From: Minisyncoccota bacterium
GTDB taxonomy: Bacteria > Patescibacteriota > Minisyncoccia > Phycocordibacterales > GCA-2401445
Length of the DNA: 64,000 nt
Reading direction: 5' to 3'
Assembly: GCA_040879725.1 (NCBI GenBank)
Contig: JBBDJV010000010.1
Span: 52,892 to 116,891, forward strand
Shown here: piece after piece, positions 57,365 through 64,000 of the stretch
Position numbering within the stretch: the stretch's first letter is position 1
Layout of the letters: every line of letters begins with the position of its first letter
Made by a program: the position numbers and the translations under genes
Notes under the pieces: generated by a model
Told to the model about the DNA's origin: nothing
The model's database searches: none
Seen by the model: the letters and a program-made list of their open reading frames with translations, nothing else

Positions 57365-57877
57365 TTATTTCTTTTCGAGAATAATAGTGAGTCCTTTTGG
57401 GCTCTTTTGTGGCGATTGTGCTACTTTATACTCAACTGAGATAAATTTCAACATTCGCTCCATTCTCTCCTGTAGGAAGTTTCTGTCAAGATATTTTGCT
57501 CTGCCGGGAAGGAATAAGTCTAATTTTATTCTGTGTCCCTCAGAAAGCCATGCGGAAGCTTTCTTTGCTTTGAGCTCAAGATCGTGCTCTCCAGTCCCTA
57601 TTTTTACCTGGAGCGTCTTTACCTCAACTTGATGTGCCTTCTTTTTCTGCTCTTGCAGTCTTTTTTTCAATTCGTACTGATATTTCCCAAAGTCCATGAT
57701 TTTGGCTACTGGTGGATTCGCTTCGGGGGAAATTTCGATCAAATCCAACTCGCTTTCACGGGCTCTCTTGAGGGCTTCCTGAAGTGAAATAACTCCAAGG
57801 TTTTCGCCATCAGCGGTCACTACACGTAGCTCTTTTGCACGTATTTCGTTGTTTATTCGGTTCTTTAGTTTGCTCAA
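57365..57877 (-). CDS. infC: Translation initiation factor IF-3
   Basis: INNEIRAKELRVV, LDLIEISP, PPVAKIMDFGKYQYE, IGTGEHD; no ATG at the expected start. Confidence 0.97.
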   Translation of the reverse strand: MSKLKNRINNEIRAKELRVVTADGENLGVISLQEALKRARESELDLIEISPEANPPVAKIMDFGKYQYELKKRLQEQKKKAHQVEVKTLQVKIGTGEHDLELKAKKASAWLSEGHRIKLDLFLPGRAKYLDRNFLQERMERMLKFISVEYKVAQSPQKSPKGLTIILEKK

Positions 57878-57992
57878 GATATATTTGGGTTACCTACGGG
57901 TTGTATTTATAGCATGTTTTCTTTTTTCTGGCAATAGTCAATCCTCTGTAAAAAGAGGGGAGAATACTGCGCTTACTTTCTGTCAAAAGGTA

Positions 57993-58033
57993 ATGTAAAG
58001 TTAGTTTGACATAGGTAAAACAAACTATACTAT
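57993..58033 (+). promoter_or_regulatory. Promoter with tandem operator-like sites for the XRE gene
   Basis: ATGTAAAGTTAGTTTGACAT imperfect palindrome over TTGACA; second GTAAAA-CAAA-CTATAC site; TACTAT 6 nt before the ATG. Confidence 0.6.
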
Positions 58034-58039
58034 TAGTAT

Positions 58040-58252
58040 ATGGAAGTGAGCATTATAAGCAACCTTGCACACCTCAGAGCAAAGGCAAAAATGACGCAGG
58101 AAGAGCTTGCGAAAGAGATTGGTATAACCCGCCAAACGATTATTTCCATTGAGCGGGGGAACTATACGCCGTCAGTGTTACTAGCGCTTAAGCTCGCGGG
58201 TTACTTTAAGTGTAAGGTAGAGGATATATTTAACATCTCATATGAATCGTAG
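58040..58252 (+). CDS. XRE/HTH_3 transcriptional regulator
   Basis: MTQEELAKEIGITRQTIISIERGNYTPSVLLALKLAGYF.CKVEDIF. Confidence 0.95.
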   Translation: MEVSIISNLAHLRAKAKMTQEELAKEIGITRQTIISIERGNYTPSVLLALKLAGYFKCKVEDIFNISYES

Positions 58253-58607
58253 AACTCTTTATTCAGTAATACTGTCGGTGCTCGTGCTTGTATTGGCGAT
58301 TATTTTAGTTAATCCGTTTGATATTCTTATGCTCGACATGGCGCTTGAAACAGCGCTTATCGTACTTGTTGTTGTTATAGCGCTCTTTGCGGGTTTTGTG
58401 TGGAGAGAGAGGTATGCCGATGAGAGGGAAAGGGATTTGCGGGGAAATGCCGGACGCATTGCATACTTAAGCGGGCTGATCGTACTAACTGCCGGTATTG
58501 TCTACGAGTGCTTACTTGGTAATGAACGAGTGTGGCTACTTGCGACACTCGCGGTGATGGTCGTTACAAAGCTTGTCGCCTATGAGTATTTTGAACGTAC
58601 GGGTTAA
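58242..58607 (+). CDS. Four-TM membrane protein with DERE motif (DUF2178-like)
   Basis: ADERERDLRGNAGRIAY; overlaps the XRE gene. Confidence 0.75.
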   Translation: MNRRTLYSVILSVLVLVLAIILVNPFDILMLDMALETALIVLVVVIALFAGFVWRERYADERERDLRGNAGRIAYLSGLIVLTAGIVYECLLGNERVWLLATLAVMVVTKLVAYEYFERTG

Positions 58608-58616
58608 TTATCCACA

Positions 58617-58644
58617 GTGTATATAAAGTTAACTTTATATACAC
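58617..58644. repeat. 28-bp perfect palindrome abutting a DnaA box
   Basis: GTGTATATAAAGTT|AACTTTATATACAC; TTATCCACA at 58608-58616. Confidence 0.8.
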
Positions 58645-58710
58645 ATCCTGTATCGTATACTTAAGTTACTGAATTAGATTTAATAAAATAGTACATAGCA
58701 ATTTCAAATT

Positions 58711-59277
58711 ATGACAAAACAAATGCATCACACAGGTAGCGCGACACCGGCAATAATCGGCGTACTCGCTATTTTGGCAATTATCGGAGGAATAGTTTTC
58801 TTCATGCAATCAAGTCCTTCAACTTCTGAAGAGGTGGCAATGGAAGAAGAAAATACAACAGGAGAAACAGCGACACAGGAAGAACCAAAAATAAGATTGG
58901 TTATGGAAGAGGAGTCTGATGTGACGACAGAAGAGGAAACACCGGTGGAGAGCAGTCCAGTGGTTCTTGAGGGTGGGTATAGCTCATTTGATGAGCGAAA
59001 ACTGGCATTTGCGGAAAACGGAGATGTCGTTCTTTTCTTTGCTGCAAAATGGTGTCCAACATGTCGAGCCGCGGATAAAGACATCACGGCAAACGCGAGT
59101 TCAATTCCAAATGATCTTTTGATTATGAACGTAGACTATGACAACTCAACGGAGCTTCGTAAAAAGTACAATGTAATTATCCAGCACACATTCGTACAGG
59201 TTGATGCTGATGGTAATTTAATCCAAAGATGGAGCGGAGGAGATACTCTTGCCTCTGTCGTTGCTAAAGTAGAGTAG
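58711..59277 (+). CDS. Membrane-anchored thioredoxin-fold protein
   Basis: N-terminal TM helix, acidic linker, FFAAKWCPTCR, KKYNVIIQHTFVQVD. Confidence 0.9.
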   Translation: MTKQMHHTGSATPAIIGVLAILAIIGGIVFFMQSSPSTSEEVAMEEENTTGETATQEEPKIRLVMEEESDVTTEEETPVESSPVVLEGGYSSFDERKLAFAENGDVVLFFAAKWCPTCRAADKDITANASSIPNDLLIMNVDYDNSTELRKKYNVIIQHTFVQVDADGNLIQRWSGGDTLASVVAKVE

Positions 59278-59393
59278 TTTTCGGTTTAACTTTCTATAGC
59301 ACTATTTCTTATCTATTTCTGGGAGGCGTAGTAACAGTGCTCGCTCCCTGCATATTTCCGGCACACCAACTATCTTTGGCACTTTGAAGGGAT

Positions 59394-60119
59394 TTACTTC
59401 ACTGCAAGAGAAAGGTAGTGCGAAGAAAAGGTTTCCCACATTTCCTTTATTTGTTTTGTTTGTTCGCTTATTTTACCTCGAAGTTCGCCTAAGCGAGCGT
59501 TATTTGCGCGAGCTTCGTTGTTTCGTACTGTGAACTCCAACTCTCGTGTTTCAAATGGAATTGCTCCAGTCACCTTATCTCGCTCTATACTCCAGAATTC
59601 TTTTTGTAGTTCGATATTGCGTGCATAGACTACAAGCTTTTCACCTTCGAGAGTTCTGAGTTTCTCCCATGAAGAGATTATCTTTTTTGCTTGTAGTTTG
59701 GTGCGGTTGTTTGCGATTAAATCACTCGTTGTTGAGAGTGTGCTTATCGCATTATCGAGCAATGCTCCCGAAACGAGCATTCTCTCTTTAAATAGAGACG
59801 CGCATTTCCCGTGTAGCTCAAGAGCGCGGGTGAGTGTTTCTTCATCCATATACTTAGAATCTTGCCCAAGGAGCGCGTCAAATTCTCCTTGTTCTTCACA
59901 TTCTTGAATTGCAGGCGCAAAAGAGTCCGGCACGCGTGTACTGCTAAGAATATTTGCAATAGAAGCTACTTGCTCATGCTGTTTTGCGAATGTTGCATAG
60001 AGTAAGCGTTGTGATTCGGCAAACTGAGCATTGTTGTACCAAACCAGTACTCCGATAATAAGTAATCCTCCTACAAGATAGAGGCTCGGGTGTTTTAATA
60101 TTTCTTGAAATCTATTCAT
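59394..60119 (-). CDS. Single-pass helical hypothetical protein
   Basis: N-terminal TM helix, two Cys, coiled coil; TACAAT 6 nt before the ATG. Confidence 0.75.
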   Translation of the reverse strand: MNRFQEILKHPSLYLVGGLLIIGVLVWYNNAQFAESQRLLYATFAKQHEQVASIANILSSTRVPDSFAPAIQECEEQGEFDALLGQDSKYMDEETLTRALELHGKCASLFKERMLVSGALLDNAISTLSTTSDLIANNRTKLQAKKIISSWEKLRTLEGEKLVVYARNIELQKEFWSIERDKVTGAIPFETRELEFTVRNNEARANNARLGELRGKISEQTKQIKEMWETFSSHYLSLAVK

Positions 60120-60242
60120 GTACGTATTGTACTTCGCTCACTTCGCCCAGTCCAATAATAACTAATATGGGATAACCTGCATGCATAGATACCCTAAAGG
60201 GTTTATACTATAAGTATTATTTATTCATACTAAGAGAGACCT

Positions 60243-61976
60243 ATGAGCATAGTTATTTTTATAGTACTGATTTTCTGGATAGTAAGCCTATCGAACAGAA
60301 TTAAAGTATTGGAAAACAGAGTCGGTGTTAGTCCAAAACCAAATCTCCTTGATGGAACCAATACTCCATCTACACAGGCTCAGGCACAAATACACGAAAC
60401 CATGACAGAAGGGAATAGCTACCCTCAAGCAGTATCTGCGAGCGCTCCACCTCCACCACAACAGTTGGAGCCGGGAGGTTTCGAAAAATTCGGCGCTTGG
60501 CTAGCGAAAGACTGGCTCGCAAAACTCGGCGTGCTCTGTGTCGTGCTCGCGCTCGGCTGGTTCTTAAGCATTGCATTTGATAATAACTGGATCGGTCCTC
60601 AGGGACGCATTGCGCTCGGCTTTCTTGTCGGTGCACTGTGTTTGTTCGGTGGTATATGGCGTTTGCCGAAGGTGTTTTCACAAGGGGCAATACTGCTCGT
60701 TTTAGGTTTGATTATGGTTGTGTTTACCACCTATTCAGCTCGTGCATTCTATGAAATGTTTCCTGCACTGGTTGCACTACTTATTATTTTCTCTGCGTCA
60801 GGAATTGTCGCTTTCATAGGTACCCGATACAACAAGCAGTCACTCGCATTAGTCTCAGTATTTTCAGGATTGATAGCTCCTATATTCACGGAAGGGGGAG
60901 GAGACATGTTCGGTTTGATGCTCTACTTGCTTGTAGTTGTAGCGGGAGGTGTTTTGGTTGTAATGATAAAAAGATGGACAGCGGTTACACTACTTTCGCT
61001 TGTTGCTATGTTGCTCTACACCCCTATTCTGAGTGTAGGTATGCAGTATGAGGCATTTGGTCTGATACTCTCGTATGTATTCGCAAGTCTATTTTTAGTT
61101 AGCGCGACGTATTCAATAGTTCAGGGTTCAAAGAGTGAAGTGGGGCTCGGTACGAGTGTTATTGTAATAAACTCAATCTTTGTTCTCATGTGGACGCTCT
61201 CTACCGCGAGTCCCGAGTGGTGGAGCTTACTTTTTGTAGCGTGGGCATTTGTGTACATGGGTACGGGATACGCAATATTCCAAACAACAAAAGCAGTTGG
61301 AAGACTTGTGAGTCCTTTTGCTCTTGCAATTATGTTCATCGGTACCGCGACAGCGCTTGAGTTCAAGGGTTCTGCGTTAACCATCGCATTCCTTCTTGAG
61401 TCACTGGCGTGTATTGCCGGCGCGTATGCACTAACACAAAACAGAAAAGCGGTTTCGCTCGCAACCGCGACATTTATCGTTCCTGTCGTGCTTACGTTCA
61501 TCCACCTTCTTGTGTGGTGGCAAGGAGGAAAGCTTCTTACAGAAGACTCTTTTATTACCGGTATTGTTACATTGATAGCCTTTGCGCTTGGAATATACGC
61601 GCATAGCCGGTTTGGAAGTGACGCGCGCACTGTTCGCAACTTTCCTCTTGCCGTTGGAATATTTTTCGGCACAGCGTCACTTTGGGTTGCGCTTCACGCA
61701 ACACTGCCAGGGACTGTTGCGGTTGGTGTAGCTCTGACACTATTTACGATACTGGGTATAACTCTCTATATTATTGGCAACAGAGAAGGACGAAAAACAA
61801 TCAAGTTACTTGGTATTATGTATATCTCTATCACACTCCTTCGGCTTCTCTTGGTTGATTTGGTGACAATGAGCACAACAGGAAGAGTTGTTACTTTCAG
61901 CGTTATTGGGGTATTACTTATCAGCACAGCATTTTTGCGTAAAAATAAATTACATGACACAACAATACAACAGTAG
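60243..61976 (+). CDS. DUF2339-like polytopic membrane protein
   Basis: WLAKLG..LGWFLSIAFDNNWIGPQGRIALG; C-terminal LLLVDL..GRVVTF..G.LL. Confidence 0.85.
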   Translation: MSIVIFIVLIFWIVSLSNRIKVLENRVGVSPKPNLLDGTNTPSTQAQAQIHETMTEGNSYPQAVSASAPPPPQQLEPGGFEKFGAWLAKDWLAKLGVLCVVLALGWFLSIAFDNNWIGPQGRIALGFLVGALCLFGGIWRLPKVFSQGAILLVLGLIMVVFTTYSARAFYEMFPALVALLIIFSASGIVAFIGTRYNKQSLALVSVFSGLIAPIFTEGGGDMFGLMLYLLVVVAGGVLVVMIKRWTAVTLLSLVAMLLYTPILSVGMQYEAFGLILSYVFASLFLVSATYSIVQGSKSEVGLGTSVIVINSIFVLMWTLSTASPEWWSLLFVAWAFVYMGTGYAIFQTTKAVGRLVSPFALAIMFIGTATALEFKGSALTIAFLLESLACIAGAYALTQNRKAVSLATATFIVPVVLTFIHLLVWWQGGKLLTEDSFITGIVTLIAFALGIYAHSRFGSDARTVRNFPLAVGIFFGTASLWVALHATLPGTVAVGVALTLFTILGITLYIIGNREGRKTIKLLGIMYISITLLRLLLVDLVTMSTTGRVVTFSVIGVLLISTAFLRKNKLHDTTIQQ

Positions 61977-61977
61977 T

Positions 61978-63210
61978 ATGAAGAAATTTCTCTTCCTCTG
62001 TGCGTCTGTAGCATTTTTTGCAATTTCTTTTAGTGGGGCGAGCGCGGATACGAAAGATGTGAGAAGTTCGTTTAAAAATGTGCTTCCGATTACATTGCCT
62101 GAATTAGCGGTTCCTACTATTGCGGAAGTGCCACTTGGAGGTGTTTCGCTCGAGCAGAATTATTTTGCAGTGTACAACAAAACACAAGGCTTTTTCGTGG
62201 AGCATCGTTACAGCGTAGAGAACCGTTCTCGAAGCGGGCTTGTTTCTGTATCTACCGAGCCACAAGTGGGAGGTGCGCAGAGTATGGTAGATGGTTCATA
62301 CAGTACCGCAACTCACTTTGACAGTAGTGGAGTGGGAGAAGAAAGTGCTCTCATTACACTTACACACGCAACACCGGTTACTTCTTCAGGTCTCTCATTC
62401 TCTTTTGCGCAAAATGTTATTTCACCTCGTACGGTAGAGTTGCGCGCAGAGGTAGATGGCGAAACAAAGGTTATCGTGGCAAAGCGAAATTATACTGGAA
62501 ACTTTCTGCCATTCCCGAAGACCACTTCAAACAAGTGGTACATTACACTAACCTACACACAACCACTGCGTATTACGGAAATAAAGTTTGTTGAGGACAG
62601 GGATAGTTTGGTATCGTATGAAAAACTTCACTTTCTAGCACTCCCGGATCAAGAGTACGAAATATATTTTAACCCCGATGCGTATGTAGTGGTACCACTT
62701 GCTCAAAAGGGAAGTAATTTAACTGCGACAAATGACGCGCAGGTTGCGGAAGTGACTCTTCCGCCGTTGCATAATACGCTTTTTACTCCAAGTGATACCG
62801 ATGGCGATGGTGTTCCAGACGTATCTGACAACTGTCCGCGTATTCCTAATCCCGAACAGGAAGACGTAAATAAAAATGGAGTAGGAGATGCATGTGATGA
62901 CTTTGATAAGGATGGCATTATAAACGCGCATGACAACTGTCCCGAGGTACCTAACCCAAACCAGCGCGATACAGATAAAGATGGTGTGGGGGATGATTGC
63001 GATAGTGAAGAGAGTCGTTTTACCGAACGTCATGGCTGGGTTCCGTGGGTGGGAATAGGTATTGCAGGGCTTACACTCGGAGCGTTACTGTTCATGGCAT
63101 TACGCCAAAAGCCAGCAAGACAAGAAGACGAGAAAGAAGGTGAGTTGGAAAATGGAGGTGGGTCTGAAAAAGAGAACACGGAGGTAAACGAGCCACCGCA
63201 ACAAAATTAA
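61978..63210 (+). CDS. Surface protein with thrombospondin type-3 Ca-binding repeats and C-terminal TM anchor
   Basis: DTDGDGVPDVSDNCP..PNPEQEDVNKNGVGDACD repeated twice; signal peptide; TM WVGIGIAGLTLGALLF. Confidence 0.88.
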   Translation: MKKFLFLCASVAFFAISFSGASADTKDVRSSFKNVLPITLPELAVPTIAEVPLGGVSLEQNYFAVYNKTQGFFVEHRYSVENRSRSGLVSVSTEPQVGGAQSMVDGSYSTATHFDSSGVGEESALITLTHATPVTSSGLSFSFAQNVISPRTVELRAEVDGETKVIVAKRNYTGNFLPFPKTTSNKWYITLTYTQPLRITEIKFVEDRDSLVSYEKLHFLALPDQEYEIYFNPDAYVVVPLAQKGSNLTATNDAQVAEVTLPPLHNTLFTPSDTDGDGVPDVSDNCPRIPNPEQEDVNKNGVGDACDDFDKDGIINAHDNCPEVPNPNQRDTDKDGVGDDCDSEESRFTERHGWVPWVGIGIAGLTLGALLFMALRQKPARQEDEKEGELENGGGSEKENTEVNEPPQQN

Positions 63211-63232
63211 CGGGTAGGTGTATACTATATAT

Positions 63233-63556
63233 ATGGAAGAAAAAGAAAATCAGAAACTGTGGTTCAAACGAAAGTGGTACGGATGGGGTTGGTACCCAAG
63301 CTCTATTGAGGGCTGGATAACCACCTTGCTCTACATAGGGTTTATTTTCTATCTCTCTACACGGCTTGAGGAGGGAATGTCCACCATGCATTTGATTGGT
63401 GTGTACTTTCTACCACTGCTTGTTATTACTGTTGTGTTTATCACGATTGCGTATGCAAAAGGCGAGTCTCCTAAATGGCAGTGGGGTAGACCAAAAGAAG
63501 AAGGAGGAGTGAAGAAGGAAGAGCACGAAGAGCAAAAAATAGAAGAGGGAAATTAA
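63233..63556 (+). CDS. Small Trp/Gly-rich two-TM membrane protein
   Basis: WFKRKWYGWGWYPSSIEGW...KGESPKWQWG; TATACT 6 nt before the ATG. Confidence 0.8.
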   Translation: MEEKENQKLWFKRKWYGWGWYPSSIEGWITTLLYIGFIFYLSTRLEEGMSTMHLIGVYFLPLLVITVVFITIAYAKGESPKWQWGRPKEEGGVKKEEHEEQKIEEGN

Positions 63557-63561
63557 AAAAT

Positions 63562-63594
63562 AAAAACCCCTGGAGCGATTCGCTCCGGGGTTTT
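63562..63594. terminator. Bidirectional terminator
   Basis: AAAACCCCTGGAGCG-ATT-CGCTCCGGGGTTTT. Confidence 0.8.
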
Positions 63595-63610
63595 GTGTGG
63601 TGTTTTTGGT

Positions 63611-63955
63611 TCAGTGCACACACTTGTCAGCTTTAAACTGTTCAAAGGCATCCTTTATCTTTTTACTTTTTACTTTGTTCAGATATTCTTCTATGCCTCC
63701 TTGCCAATGTCCACGCAAAAGGAATACCAGGTTACGTAATTCCATTACTTCTTCATCATTGAGCTCGTATTTTTGCTCGTACTGGACGATGTTGTTGTAT
63801 ATTGCGAATTCTCTTTCAAATGTATTCTTGACTCTTTCGAGCCATTCTATCCGGGCGCTGAGGGTTTCAATACGACCACGAAGCTTCAATTGTACTATTA
63901 CGGTGAAGACGTGAAGTAGGACAAGTACCGTGATGAGGATGTATGTTAGGTTCAT
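63611..63955 (-). CDS. Hypothetical protein with N-terminal TM helix
   Basis: 114-aa ORF with AGGA upstream, ending at the shared terminator. Confidence 0.6.
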   Translation of the reverse strand: MNLTYILITVLVLLHVFTVIVQLKLRGRIETLSARIEWLERVKNTFEREFAIYNNIVQYEQKYELNDEEVMELRNLVFLLRGHWQGGIEEYLNKVKSKKIKDAFEQFKADKCVH

Positions 63956-64000
63956 TTCAGTTCCTTCTGTGGATGATTCTATGGCTACTTATAGCACAGG

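Noticed and set aside
1-64000. Alternative genetic code (UGA=Gly), tRNA or rRNA genes, prophage
   Set aside because: Core genes are full-length under code 11; no cloverleaf or rRNA signatures and no phage structural genes or integrase were recognised.

Overview
This is a 64 kb chromosomal segment of a small-genome bacterium, most likely Patescibacteria/CPR (Parcubacteria-like, genetic code 11). The evidence is the absence of rpmD (L30) from the spc cluster, a CPR-style type IV pilus locus, split ComEC, a stand-alone VirB4/TraG-like ATPase, many PKD/LamG/TSP3 surface proteins and few Shine-Dalgarno sites. Core genes are hup, rny, clpP, rsmE, tig, ppa, nusA, tpiA-pgk, recJ, rnhA, sod, rpmB, a fragmented str-S10-spc cluster through secY-adk-map, ndk and infC-rpmI-rplT. 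The most notable unexplained signals are: (1) a dispersed set of long perfect palindromes in two clusters (8712-9212 and 56569-56694) that share a homologous 52-bp-period GAGGTTWAACCTC doublet and a CAAGGGGWCCCCTTG palindrome, with solo or decayed copies at 6605 and 33235, resembling a REP/REPIN-type element system with no transposase in the window; (2) an unannotated, compact ~124-nt 6S-RNA-like gene at 54509-54632 with its own promoter and terminator; (3) a secreted protein carrying a C-terminal IExSTDLxxW...FR motif typical of Verrucomicrobiota secreted proteins, a possible host clue; (4) a GRDP/DUF1399-like + GNAT + methyltransferase-remnant islet; (5) a LamG surface-protein gene between fusA and tuf and structured RNA elements inside the ribosomal protein cluster; (6) widespread leaderless-type promoter geometry. 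No CRISPR array, tRNA, rRNA or intact transposase was recognised. All family assignments come from motif recognition by eye, not database searches.
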